Source: Hormiphora californensis (taxonomy: Eukaryota; Animalia; Ctenophora). Taken from it: 64,000 nucleotides of DNA. Shown here piece by piece: positions 22,401 through 35,617 of the stretch. Location: contig CM035353.1 of assembly GCA_020137815.1 (NCBI GenBank), positions 1,178,001 through 1,242,000 on the forward strand, given 5' to 3'. Both the position numbers and the translations under genes were made by a program. The first letter of the stretch is position 1; the number at the start of each line of letters is the position of its first letter. A model generated the notes under the pieces. It was not told the DNA's origin. It was given only the letters and a program-made list of their open reading frames with translations, and searched no databases.

Positions 22401-25400
22401 GGGGGCTGCCACTCCTTTCTCAATTGTGTGAGATCAGAAATACCTCCCGGAATCTCGCCTCCATTCGCCTGAAGAGGTCCAGCATTTGCATTTGGGTACA
22501 ATTTGTTCTTTTTGATGGACCTCACGTGCTCCTTTATCCTTCCGATTGTGTCACGTAGTGGTGACTTCCTTCTCGTTCCCTCACCCTCACTTTCACTCTC
22601 CTCTCTCTCCCTGATAAACTTGTCCCTCGCATCATGGTCTCCCTGGGCAACGGGTTTAGCAGTTCTCGGGGTAACAAGATTCTCATCGTTTGGGATGGGT
22701 CTGGAGAATCTGTGGTTGTACCACTCTTTGGTGTAGGGTAGCCCATCCAGTTCGCAGTCACCGCACCCTGCCCACTCCCTCTCCTCATCCCAAAACTCGT
22801 GTGCTTTTACTGAAATTAGGGAGAGAGGGTGTTACCATGGTGACAAGGGGGAGTCAAGTTGTAAGTGTCACTAAGTTGTAAGTCACTAAGTTGTAAGTCA
22901 CTAAGTTGTAAGTCACTAAGTTGTAAGTCACTACGTTGTAAGTCACTAAGTTGTAAGTCACTAAGTTGTAAGTCACTAAGTTGTAAGTCACTAAGTTGTA
23001 AGTGTCACTACGTTGTAAGTCACTACGTTGTAAGTGTCACTACGTTGTAAGTCACTACGTTGTAAGTCACTAAGTTGTAAGTCACTACGTTGTAAGTCAC
23101 TAAGTTGTAAGTCACTAAGTTGTAAGTCACTACGTTGTAAGTCACTAAGTTGTAAGTCACTACGTTGTAAGTCACTAAGTTGTAAGTCACTAAGTTGTAA
23201 GTCACTAAGTTGTGAGTCACTAAGTTGTAAGTCACTAAGTTGTAAGTCACTAAGTTGTAAATCACTAAGTTGGTAGTCACTAAGTTGTAAGTCACTACGT
23301 TGTAAATCACTAAGTTGTAAGTCACTACGTTGTAAGTTACTAAGTTGTAAGTCACGTACTGGGATATTTCTGTCGGATTATTACAAACTCCTTCACTTGA
23401 GATCCAATCACTGTCATAGTCATATCTAGTAGTAGCGTCTTGTTGTTCCGACTGTAATGTGAGAGTTATTCGATTAGTAACCATGGTTACAGTTGTTGGT
23501 CAGACTGATTTCAAATGAAATGTATGTCAGTATACGTGCTCATCAAGAGTACGATTTAAATCTTACGGTTGCTTTTTTCTCCTCCCTTCAGGTCTAGGTT
23601 ATACCAAACGCGGAAGGTAACTTTGTCCACGTGTGACACTCTACTAACCTGACTACTGAGTGCATCATTTTGTCCAGTTTGTATTTGTTGCACAGGTAGA
23701 TGAACATTTCCTTTATTGTAATGTGGGGACTCATCTCCATTACCACCTTGTTACCGACTGGCAGGTGACAGACAACCTTGATCGCCTAAAAGGGGGAGCG
23801 GTGACAAATTTAAATTTCCGAAAGAAAACGAAGCTTTTTATAGAAACTAAAGACTAAAGATTCTTACCGGTGGAATGGGTGGGCCCTTGTTGTGCACAAC
23901 CCATATTTCCTTAATCCCCAGATTACCAATGCTGCTGCTAACCGTGAAGTGTGGTGGTAGCGGGTTATACCTGAAAATATATAGGTGTTATGAAGCACTG
24001 AAATCTTGTCAGCACTATTCGATTTTATCAAAGCCCCGGAAGATTTGATATACATTTTGTAACAAGATAAAGACAGAACTCCAAAGTGAGCCATGTCAAT
24101 TTTTTTGTACCTGTTAGGTCTGATTTCGATCCAAGCGTTAGGGTTATCTACTTTAGGACTCTTTCTTATCGCTGCCAGGAGTTGACCCATAGTTGTCCGC
24201 TTATCCACCTTAACATAACATTTCCTCTCTTTGCCCCTCTGATCCGAGGGTAAGTGCACCTGCAAATTCATATTAGCTGCTGGATAGCTATTGCCTTAAA
24301 TTTCAGGGAATAGCCGTCACTGAAACCTGAGACTTCAGGTCTCAGTGGAAAATAGCCGTGCACTTGACCTGAGGTTCAGGCACGACTGTTTTCCCTCCAT
24401 TGACAGGTTTATACCTTGAGTTTGACTGCCTCCTCTGGTAGTCCCATCCTGGCCTCGTGGTCGGTGGGAAGATCAATTAGTTCTCTACCAGGTGCCTTCC
24501 TGATTATATCCCTTATATCGTCAAAAAACTGGAGGGAAGGTTTATTTATATTTCCTGCCATGTGCAGTTCATAATGCAGTTCAAAATGTTTAACTAGTAA
24601 GTAATAATGTCCAAAGAAGTTTTACTAACTCAGTTAGTAACTGTGTACATGGTTCACTATTCTACTAACTGCATTTACTGTGTACTAACCTGGTCGGCCA
24701 TCATCTTGGTTTTGAATCTGATTCCCATTGTCTCTTCGTACTGGTTGTCAACCTGATAGTACAGAGGAGGGTTAGGGTGGAGGTAGTAATGAAATGGCCG
24801 TTTTGGTTACGAAGTCACCCCTTTTGGCTTTTATTGCATACTCCGTCACCAATACTAACAGAGGGTGGAGGTGACATTGGCCAACATTGGCCTATAAACA
24901 CTTCAGCACCCCCTCAACATGTCATATAACGTACCATTTTAACAAATGTTTCCTGTCGAGACACCTTCAGGGAAGCCAACACTCTCATCTCTATCTTCAA
25001 CTTCTCATCTGGGGTAGGAGGAATTAGAAACTAATTGACATACCTACACAGTATAATCGCAGTTCCTCTAAAGACCTTGGCCCCGGTTCAGAGTTGTTGA
25101 GTAACTCAACAGGTTCGGAGAGAACAGTCAGTGAGACAAAAGCCCCTCCCTGCGCCCCTCCACCCCGCCATTCCCTCCCCGCCCCTCCACCCGCGGCCGG
25201 GTTTGAACAAAACAATTCACTAACCTTGATATGCCCATACTCGTTATAGATTCTCCTTCACCCCCACCCCGGAGCGCCCCTCCCCCTCCCTACTACACTA
25301 ACCTTGGTATGCCCACACTTGGTAGACCCCCTCCATCCCCTCCCTCCACTAACCTTGATAAGCCCACACTCGGTAGACCCCCCTCCACACCACCCCACCA

Positions 25401-25680
25401 CACCCCACCCGACCCCGCCCTCCCTAATGCACTAACCTTGATAAGCCCACACTCGGTAGACCCCCTCGTGTTTATTCTGCACCTTCACCAGCTGGATGGA
25501 TAAGAATGCACGTGCTAGAGGTAACCATTTCTTATCCTCTCTCTCAAACACAACGCCTGTGTACAAGCCCAAAACATGGGTCATTGTGTCACGGTGACTA
25601 GTCAATATTATAGCCCTCCTATTAAAGTAATGGGTTAGTAAACTGGTTGTCGGTTGCTTTGGTAACAATGAATTCTTCAT
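19460..25680 (-). CDS. EVH1/WH1 + two Cordon-bleu-type ubiquitin-like domains + long disordered Pro/Ser-rich region (~1440 aa)
   Basis: Phase-consistent exons 25680-25437, 25008-24935, 24752-24690, 24528-24415, 24259-24111, 23970-23868, 23785-23649, 23451-23360 and 22809-19460. EVH1-like VVFEREDKKWLP...YRVWA...GIRFKTKMMADQFFDDI. UBL-like LKVHLP...SIGNLGIKEIWV and IKVVCHLP...YLCNKYKLD. Start codon uncertain (25680, 25584 or upstream). Confidence 0.8.
22860..23355. repeat. 15-bp intronic minisatellite (GTCACTAAGTTGTAA)n
   Basis: Fills the 23359-22810 intron starting right at the donor. Confidence 0.95.
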
Positions 25681-26393
25681 TTTGGTGTAGCCACTAAAAC
25701 AAGAAATTGCCTTGCTCGACCCTGTTTTTCCACGCCCCGCACACGGAGAAACAAATGTAAAGGAGGATTATAACATAACAATACGTCAACACAGAAAGTT
25801 GAGTCTAAACAAGACACAGACAGCTGTAGTGTGTGTGTATGGAGAGGGCTTGTTGTGGGAGATTGTGTTAGCGTGTCTGGGGAAAAGTCTTCCGTGCTTC
25901 CCTCTATACTATCGAGTACAACAGCAGTTACCTAACTGCAGTATTCTCTCTCTCTCCCTCTTTTCCTTGTCCCCCTCCCCAGCAACTTACTAGACAAAAT
26001 AATCCAGGTTCATATCAGTTTCAACGACGGATCACGGATCGGTCATTTTCCCAGACTTCGGAGTCCAAGCGGCAATCATCCAGTACCCAGGGCCCTTTAT
26101 CCCTACACCCCTGCCAGTTCCCATAAGGAACCGACCGAATCAGGAAATACTGGTCCCTGATTGGCTGATAACCAGTCACGTGACCTAAATAACGAGTTCT
26201 GATTGGTTGTTTACTTGTACAATGTACTGTTTCGGTCGATTCCTGCCAGTACGCATGATTTGTGGATGGTGGTAGACCGCCAATTAAAATGGAGAAGGTT
26301 TACGAGATTCTTGTAAAATACTGTGTCACCAGTTGTCACAGTTGAAAAAACTCAGCTGCGGATCAGTGACTAGGTTGCTTTCTCTACTTAAAG

Positions 26394-27838
26394 TTGAAGT
26401 AAGAGTGGCGTGCCGTGTTTTCTCACAAAACTTAGTGGATGAACGGGGAGTACCACCAGGACCATTGGTACGGTATCGAAAATTTCCAATTCTGTCTCGT
26501 TCATTAGTTATGACGTAATATGTTCATTATTTAAACTTTTATAAAATTGCTCTTCAGAAAAATCTGTGCATTGTGGATTGAAATGGATGCTTGCATCGTG
26601 TTCAGCGTCAAAAAATAGCCGGGGTACCAAATTTTGGTGTCTCTACCTTGTCTGTGACGCGAGATATTGACAAATATCAAAAACGACCAAAGTGAGAGAA
26701 AGAGAGTTTGTTACTTTTGGGTGGCGCGCACAAACAACTAGCACCCAAAAATAACAAACTTTCTTTCTCCCATTTTGGTCGTTTTTGATAATTGTCGATA
26801 TCTCGCGTCACAGACAAGGTAGAGACACCAAAATTTGGTACCCCGGCTATTTTTTGACGCTGAACACGATGCAAGCATCCATTTCAATCCACAATGCACA
26901 GATTTTTCTGTAGAGCAATTTTATAAAAGTTGAAATAATGAACATAACGGGTGACAACTAAAAATCTGGACACTTTTCTGTGAGCTCTAGCGCCGTCCCC
27001 GTTTGAGATACAGCTTCAGGCCAGTGATAGAACGATTTTTCAGACAATTTTGAATCAGAATAACACAACGGGAAAGACTTCAAAGATCATTTTCATTGCG
27101 ATATCGCATCACTTCCTCGTACCCCACCAAAGCACGTATTACGTGAAATTTACACACTTTTCTAGCACCTCTAGCGCCTGTTCTTTTTGAGATTCAGCTT
27201 CGGGGCAGCGATAGAATGATTTTTCAGACAATTTTGAACGAAATTAACTTTGTTTCACACTCCGTTAATCTCAATTCTGATCACAGAATCATCTGAAACA
27301 AACCTTTCAATTCGTAGTTTACAGGTAATTTGAGAAATCGCCATTTTGACGATCTCTCGAAACATTTATGACGTGGAAAACCAACTTTCTGATGAGCTAA
27401 AATGTTGAAACTTGGCAGTAATGTTGGTTATGGCATGAACTACCAGACTTCCAATTTTGAGAATTCTATTTCATCGGGAAGGTTGTTTCTGATCACATAG
27501 AAATCTCAAATCTCCGTACTACATGCTTTGGTGGGTCAAGAGGAAATGATGCGATATGGCAATGAAAATAAACTTTTTAGTCTTTCCCGTTATGTTATTA
27601 TGATTCAAAATTGTCTGAAAATTCGTTTTATCACTGGCCCGAAGCTGTATCTCAAACGGGAGCGGCGCTAGAGCTCACAGAAAAATGTCCAGATTTTTAG
27701 TTGTCACTCGTTATTACGTCATAACTAATGAACGAGAAAGAATTGGAAATTTTCGATACCGTACCAATGGTCCTGGTGGTATTCCCCGTTCATCCACTAA
27801 GTTTTGTGAGAAAACACGGTGCGCCACTCTTACTTTGA
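26394..27838. mobile_element. Non-autonomous TIR element with internal palindromic duplications (possibly Kolobok-type)
   Basis: AAGTAAGAGTGGCG..TTTCTCACAAAACTTAGTGGATGAACGGGG inverted over ~125 bp. Internal inverted duplication ~26520-26945. Confidence 0.7.
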
Positions 27839-28371
27839 GGTCCTCAACTACTCTTGTGGTAGACCTTATAGACACAGCTGCATTACACCACATATGCTTC
27901 CCAGTTCCCCCTGCCCCCCCCCCCCCCCCTCGTGGCCTCGCCCTCGCCCCCCCCCCCCCTCGCCCCTCCCCCCCCCCCCTCAATACACCACTGTCTGATG
28001 ACTGAATAGTGGAAGGTGGTAGACCGTGGTATAGACACACACCTGGTACCCGTGCTGATGTACCACACGTCATGTTCACGATAGGACATTCGATACCCCT
28101 TATTACCTTTCTCTACCATCTTACCTGCGCTGTCATTGGCTGACGAAGGTCACACGTGATATAAATACTGGACTCTCATTGGCTGACGAAGGTCACACGT
28201 GATATAAATACTGGACTCTCATTGGATGGCGAAGGTCACGTGATATAAATTCTCATTGGATCGTGTAAAGTGAGGTTCCTGTGTTTTGATTGGTCCTTGT
28301 AGACCATGGGGAAGGATATGTCGTTCCTATTGGATTATTACTTCCTCATGTGACCTTCCCTCTATTAAATG

Positions 28372-28486
<115 letters not shown>

Positions 28487-29759
28487 GGGGGAGGAAGAAG
28501 AAAGAAAGGAGTGATACCCGATCTTACTAAGCTCACCCAGGTCGATCTCTTATATTTTCTAGTGTGTGTCTTTGAAAATCATTTTAGAAGTTACACGCTG
28601 ATCTTTTATGATTTTTTCCCTGCCTGCAGGTACCCGCCCATTTGCCGTTTCTTCGAGCCGAATCAATACCATTTTCGCAGCAAATCCGCTATGCAATAAT
28701 GTTTTGGGGAGAGAGGGAGTTCTCATAAAATAAATAAAAGCTAGGAGAGAATGTGCTGGGGAACTCCAGACCGCTTGACCCCCCCCCCCCCCGCCGCCCC
28801 CCCCCACCCCCCACGGCCCATATTTTATCTTCCTATCACAGTTTGTTTGAATATTGCCCGTTTCTAGCATAAAATGCAAGTCTCTCTAGCTCATTATTCC
28901 TCCGTCTTGTAAACACATGAAAACGTCCGCTCTAACTCTGAATTATCTTTTTGGTTTCAAATAACAGAGCTGCGTTTAAACTTCGTTATCTGCTTCATGA
29001 AAAACCCTCTTTTTATCTGCTTCATGAAAAACCCTTTGAACCCTTGAAAACCCCTTTTTTGTAAAATGAACTAGGTTTCCTGTTTGTATAAATTCCGGGC
29101 TAAAGCTCATCGAGTCTATTATAATGTATGCATGATGTGCTCGACTGGAATTAATTCTGCAGCATTTGATTGCATATCAAGTACTCTTGAAAGTGTGTAG
29201 AAATGTGTGTTCCACAATCATTTCCACGTAGCAGCTCATCATGTACTGTACATTGTACATTGCAGCTTTTAGCTCACAACTTATTATATAGACAATTTGA
29301 TTGAACTGAAAAGTTCGCTTTAACCATCTTCTATTGAATATATATATTATTAATATTCCACGGGTTTAGCCAACGCCTGCAGTTTAGCATCCAAGATAAT
29401 CCAGGGAAATTCAATCCTCATCTCCTTTCTCACTCTCATTATAAGCCCAAACTTGTCTCCCCTCACATCCCTTTATAATTCTCTCAGCTAGAATGAATAG
29501 TTGAGAAACTCTATATCAAGTTACACACGTAATAACGTTACTGCAGTGACTCTCACCACCTGTTGAGTCCTCAGACTTTGAAACGCTAACACTAGTTTTA
29601 AATTTCCTGCTTTGAACATACCAATTCATTTTAATTTTTAAGATTCATCGAAGATCTTTTTTATACAACAGCTGTCCTGTATCAATATAGATTGATACAA
29701 TGAAATAGTGTTTGTTTAGGACTGTAGACGACTCGGAGATTTATTTCAGGAAAGATAAT

Positions 29760-29836
29760 ACGGGACGGTTTCGACGTTTAATGTCATCATCAGCTCAAAT
29801 TAATTTGTTTAAAGTAGTGTTGAAAAGTTTGAAACT
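29760..29836 (-). ncRNA. Degenerate hammerhead ribozyme motif
   Basis: Minus strand reads gagCTGATGAtgacattaaacgtcGAAAccGTC. It shares ~43 bp of upstream sequence with the 10044 hammerhead, but stem I does not close well. Confidence 0.45.
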
Positions 29837-31814
29837 TATTGATTCAATATAGATTGGCTGGTTGTACATGGTGTAGAACTACACTTGTTTTGTGTTGACT
29901 GCCTCATCTTTCAAACTCTACTATTATTTTTCTGATCTCTCTCTCTCTCTCTCTCTCTCCCTATTCATGTTGTCTCCCTCCATCTCTCCTTATTCAAACT
30001 GTCTCCCTCCATCTCTCCCTCTCTGATCTCTCTCTCTCTCTCTCCTTATTCATACTGTCTCCCTCCAGGCTCTATCTCTCCCTATTCATATTGTCCCCCT
30101 CAGCCCTCCCTCTCTGATCCCTCTCTCTCTCTCTCTCTCTCCTTATTCATACTGTCTCCCTCCAAGCTCCATCCATCTCTATATCCTTCTCTATATCCTT
30201 CTCTCTTTCATTACTTGATCGAGTTGAATGTTGATACATAGCCGAGTCTGCAGACAATGTACACTATTATACACACACCCCCTCCCCCCACTTGGCAAAC
30301 ATTGTAACTTGGTTCCTCCCTTTTTTGTGTAGGCTGGCCACTTTGAACACCGTCAGTTTCCAGCTTTGAATTCTTTGTGTACATTTAGTTCTAAATACTA
30401 ATCATTTAGATAACATATTTACCTAGGTAACCTTGGTAACATAAACTCTTTCCTAATTCCTAGCAAGTCACTTCAAGACCTATAACACAGCTAAATGGAG
30501 CGTGGAACTGTTTTATGTGGAAGTATCTGTGGAATTGTGGGGATCATTGTCCTAGTTCTGATTTTCGTATTCCTGAGCGCCTTCAGCTACATTTGATTTT
30601 ATGAAGGAGCAATACGAACTTGTGGAAGCTTTGATCTGAGGACAATCAGAATTGTGTGGCGGAGGGTTGATTTGAACTCTCGAGGATGGGTAGACAGAAA
30701 TTAATGTCACAGAACAACGTGGCAGTGTATGTGCATGTTTTATCCATTTTAAATTGCCGGGTCAAGGACATGATAATTACATCTATACAAATTGGAACTC
30801 AGCAGCTTGTGCTACATTTTATAGATCTTATATTCAGCAGATATAATTCAGAAGTTACACGCCTATATAGCACTCTAGAATCCAGCTGTGTTGTTACCAA
30901 GATCCATGGATCTTGTGCACAGTTATAACACTATAGTGTATCCAGTCTCCAAACACCATCTAACTGACCATGACATACTAGAAAGAGTTTTTTAATTACA
31001 GAACTTATTGACGTCATATATTTTGTATGCTAAGACATTTCAATTATTATACTTTATCCCCCCTATATAAGATTTGTGTTCAGAATGAATTTCTTCAAAG
31101 AATTCCTCACATGTCTATTTTGAGCCCTCTTGAATATGTGTGGAGGAAGCGTTCAGACCCATTTTCAGACTGCATTTCTCTTTGCCTTGTTCGACAAAAC
31201 AAATTTCTCTTACCATAATTACAACATTAACATACATGACCATAACATAATTAGTTTTATTTTAGTGCTACAATCAACGCCACTAAAAGTTAGAAGAGTG
31301 TGGTAGAGAAGGAGCGAGAGAGAGGAGAAATCAGAAACGGTTATAATTTCTAAAAATTCAGTTCTAATGTTTTGGACGGTGACTGTCCTTGCTATTCTTG
31401 CCAGAAATTTTTATCAGAGTCAGCGAAAGTCAGAAAAGAGCCCTGGAAATTGAGTCAGATAATTCCACGAATTGTGTGCTTTTATGGAATTCTAAGAATC
31501 TCTGACTCCATTATCTGGCAGTTCTACTACGGATCCCTGATAGGTAGAACTGCCATGGAGCTCCATGGCAGTTCTACCTATCAGGGATCCGTAGTCCGCA
31601 GTTGTTTCTTGACTTCGTTGACATGGGTATTGGGTTCTAACCTCCCAGCTAGACACACAATTTGTTTCCGTGGAAGGCCAGAAACTGTATCCCCCCTGAC
31701 ACTACAACTATAATAACTCTCTCTTTCTCTCCATCTGTGACAGTCTGTGTGCGGCACCGTAATTGGCACTATGTTGCACCCCTGGATCCACTAATTTTCT
31801 GTGGGACTGCCGCT

Positions 31815-31816
<2 letters not shown>

Positions 31817-31854
<38 letters not shown>

Positions 31855-33076
31855 AAAAAAAAAAAAAAAAAAAAAGGGGGGGGAAAGGGGGAGGAGGGGA
31901 AAAAGAAGAGAGGAGAGAGAGAGAGAAGAGAGAGAGAGACGGGGAAAAAAATTTCCAAAAATTTTTTTTTTTTGGGGAAAACCCCCTTTTTTAAAAAAAA
32001 AATTTTTAAAAAGGGGGGGGGGAAAAAGGGGGGGGGGGAAAAAAAAAAAGGTTTTTTAAAAAAAAAAAAACCAAAAAACCCCTTTTTTTTTGGGGGGGGT
32101 TTTTTTTTTTTTAAAATTTTTTTTAAATTTTTAAACCCAAAATCCCAAAAATTTTTAAAAAGGGGAAAAATTTTTTTCCCCCCGGAAACCAAATTTTTTT
32201 GGGGAAAACCCCCCCCCAAAAAAAACCAAAAAAATTTTTTTTTTCCTTTTTTTTGGGGGGGCCAATTTTGTTTTCCCCCTTTTTTTTTTTTTGGGGGGGT
32301 TTTCCCCCCCAAAAAAAAAAAGGGGGGGGAAAGGGGAAAAAAAAACCCCCCCCAAAAAAAAAAAAAAGGGGGGGGGGGGGGGGGGGGAAAGGGGGGGGGT
32401 TTAAAGGGGGGGAAAAAAGGGGGGGGGGTTAAAGGGGAGGGGAGGAAAAAAGAGAGAGGGGGAGAGGAAAAGGGGGGGAAAAAAAAAGGGGGGGGGGAGG
32501 GGTGGGGGAAAAGGGGGGGGGGGGGGGGGGGAAAAAGAGAAAGGGGGAGAGTGGGGGAGGAAAAGGGGGAGAGGGGGAAAAGGGGGGGGGGGAAAAAAAA
32601 AAAAGGGGAGGGGAAAGGGGGGGGGGGGAAAAAAGGGGGGGGGGGGAGGGGGGGGAAAAGGGGGGGAAGGGGGGGGGGAAAAAGGGGGAAAAGGGGGGGG
32701 GGGAGGGGGGGGGGGGGGGGGGGGGGGGAAAAGGGGGGGGGGGGGGAGGAAAGGGGGGGGGGGGAGGGGGGGGGGGAAAAAGGGGGGGGGGAAAGGGGGG
32801 GGGGGGAAGGGGGAGAGAAAGGAAAAGGGGAAAAAAAAGGGGGGGGGGGGGTTTTTAAAAAAAAAAAAAAAAAAGGGGGAAAAAAAAGGGAAAAATTTTT
32901 TTTTTTTTAAAGGGGAAGGGGGGGAAAAAGGGGGGGGGAAAGGGGGGGGGAAGGGGGGGGGGGGGAAAAAAAAAAAAGGGGGGGGAGGGAAAAGGGGGGG
33001 GGGGGGGGGGGGGGAGGGGGGGGGGGAAAAAAAAAAATTTTTAAAAAAAATTTTTTTAAAGGGGGGGGGTTTTTGG

Positions 33077-33107
<31 letters not shown>

Positions 33108-33937
33108 TTTTAAAAAAAAAATTTTTTTGGGGGGGGGAAAAAAAACGGGGGCCAAAACCCCGGGGGGGGGGGGGGGGAAAAAAATTTTAAGGGGTTTTAA
33201 AAAATTTTTAAAAAAAAAAAAAAGGGGGGAAAAAAAAAAAAAAAGGGGGAAAATTTTTTAAAAATTTAAAAGGGGGGGGGGGGGGGGAAAAGGGGGGGGA
33301 AAAAAAAAAAAAGGGAAAATTTTGGGGGGGGGGGGGGGGGAAAAGGGGGGGGGAAAATTTTTTAAAAAAAGGGGAAAAAAAAAAAAAACCCCCCCGGAAT
33401 TTAAAAAAAAAGGGCGGGGTTTTGGGGGGGTGGAAAAATAAAAAAAAATTTTCCCCAAAAAAGGGGGGGGAAAAAAAAGGGGGGGGTTTTTGGGGGGGGG
33501 CCCCCCCGGGTTTTTTTAAAAAAAAATTCCCTTTTTTGTTTTTTTGGGGGGGGTTTTTTTAAAAAAGGGGGGAAAAAGGAAAAAAGGGGGAAAAAAAAAA
33601 AAGAAAATTGGGGGGAAAAACCCAAAAAAAAAAAAAAATTTTTTTTTTTTTTTTTTTTAAAAATTTTTTCCCCCCCCAAAAAAAGGAAAAAAAAAAATTT
33701 TTAAAAACCCCTTTTAAAAAATTTTTTTTAAAAAAAAAGGGGCCCCCAAAAATTTTGTTTTTTTAAAATTTTTTTTTTTTTTTTTTAAAAATTTTAAAAA
33801 AAACCCCCCCTTTTCCCCCCTGTTTCCCCCTTTTTTAAAAAAAGGGGAAAAAAATTTTTTATTCCCCAAAACCCTTTTTTCCCCCTTTTCCCCAAAAAAA
33901 AAAAAATTTTTTTTTTTTTTGGGTTTAAACCCCCCGG
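31817..33937. other. Homopolymer-run degraded sequence (probable sequencing/assembly artefact)
   Basis: Almost entirely runs of G, A, T and C, starting at a poly-G tract. The ORFs here are G/K/F/P-only. Confidence 0.9.
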
Positions 33938-34856
33938 GGAAGAAGCTGCGATGTATGAGCTTCAATTCCTAACATTATTGTCATATTGAGGCATGAAGCT
34001 GACGTTTTGCTTTTACTATCAAGAGTGCAGACTGCAATTAGCTTACAATTTCACTTATGACAATTGACATGAAGCTGCGATTATTGAGCTTCAATTCCTA
34101 CATTATGTCATATTGAGGACTGGGTAAAGTTGACAAGATGTTACTTTGAACAATTGTTTCAGCTCGATAACAGCTGTTGCAACTCGATAACCTGTTGCAA
34201 CAAGTGCCTTGTATAAAACACGAAGTCAACAAAGTGTGTTTGCAAACAGCTACTACGTACTACTACTAGTACTACGCCCTTGTTTTCTAGCGCTCAACAC
34301 TTCTATTCTCACTAGTGTTGGTTGTGTATTATATAACTGTGTGTTGCTAGCCCCCACCCCCACCCCTGGTTGTGTGTTGCTTGCCCCCCTGCAGTTGTGC
34401 ATTTTATACGGCTTCCTTTTGCTTGGTGCTTGCTTTAGTATAGCGGTACTACTGTTGACAGTGTTGTAGATTGAGATAACAGTCGTGACTGAACCTCAGG
34501 TCACGACTGTTTAGTAAACAGTCGTGACCTGAACAGTGTTTAGTAAACACTGTTTACCCCTGAGAGCTGAGATATCATCGCTATAATTATTGGCTATTCC
34601 CTGAAAATTTCCCTGAAATCTCAGGGAATAGCCGTCCCTGAACCCTGAGATCTCAGGTCTCAGGAGTAAATAGCCTGAACCTGAGGCTCAGGTACAACTG
34701 TTTCCCCCTTTTTGCGAAAACAGTGGGTACTGAACCTCAGGTCACAGTAGTTTGTCCTGAAACCTAAACAATAGCCACCACTAGGGTTAACATCACATCA
34801 CCTTTCCAGCTGTATTTAGACTTGAACAGGTTTCAGCTAGTCCCTGATCACGATTC

Positions 34857-35598
34857 TCCTTTCCAGAAATCCAGAATCTAAGGTCTCACACCCTTTCCAG
34901 AAATCCAGAATCTAAGGTCTCACACCCTTTCCAGAAATCCAGAATCTAAGGTCTCACACCCTTTCCAGAAATCCAGAATCTAAGGTCTCACACCCTTTCC
35001 TGAAATCCAGAATCTAAGGTCTCACACCCTTTCCAGAAATCCAGAATCTAAGGTCTCACACCCTTTCCAGAAATCCAGAATCTAAGGTCTCACACCCTTT
35101 CCTGAAATCCAGAATCTAAGGTCTCACACCCTTTCCTGAAATCCAGAATCTAAGGTCTCACACCCTTTCCAGAAATCCAGAATCTAAGGTCTCACACCCT
35201 TTCCAGAAATCCATAATCTAAGGTCTCACACCCTTTCCTGAAATCCAGAATCTAAGGTCTCACACCCTTTCCAGAAATCCAGAATCTAAGGTCTCACACC
35301 CTTTCCTGAAATCCAGAATCTAAGGTCTCACACCCTTTCCAGAAATCCAGAATCTAAGGTCTCACACCCTTTCCAGAAATCCAGAATCTAAGGTCTCACA
35401 CCCTTTCCTGAAATCCAGAATCTAAGGTCTCACACCCTTTCCTGAAATCCAGAATCTAAGGTCTCACACCCCTTTCCAGAAATCCAGAATCTAAGGTCTC
35501 ACACCCTTTCCTGAAATCCAGAATCTAAGGTCTCACACCCTTTCTAGAAATCCAGAATCTAAGGTCACCCACCCTTTCCAGAAATCCAGAATTTAAGG
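34857..35598. repeat. 34-bp minisatellite ending ~20 bp before a start codon
   Basis: About 22 copies of CTTTCCAGAAATCCAGAATCTAAGGTCTCACACC; each contains an acceptor-like ccctttccag (some ccctttcctg). Confidence 0.95.
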
Positions 35599-35617
35599 TT
35601 GCAATATAATTCTAGCC

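Noticed and set aside
22865-23484. (CKSLS)n and (YNLVT)n ORFs
   Set aside because: Intronic 15-bp minisatellite; the real exon 23451-23360 uses another frame.
27384-27415. Third hammerhead (CTGATGA...GAAAC)
   Set aside because: Stems I and III do not form; it is part of a DNA-transposon interior.
30495-30600. Hydrophobic N-terminus MERGTVLCGSICGIVGIIVLVLIFVFLSAFSYI as a membrane protein start
   Set aside because: Stops after 33 codons and no linkable downstream exon was found, so it cannot be supported.
31662-33965. Long Gly/Lys/Phe/Pro ORFs
   Set aside because: Translations of homopolymer-degraded sequence.
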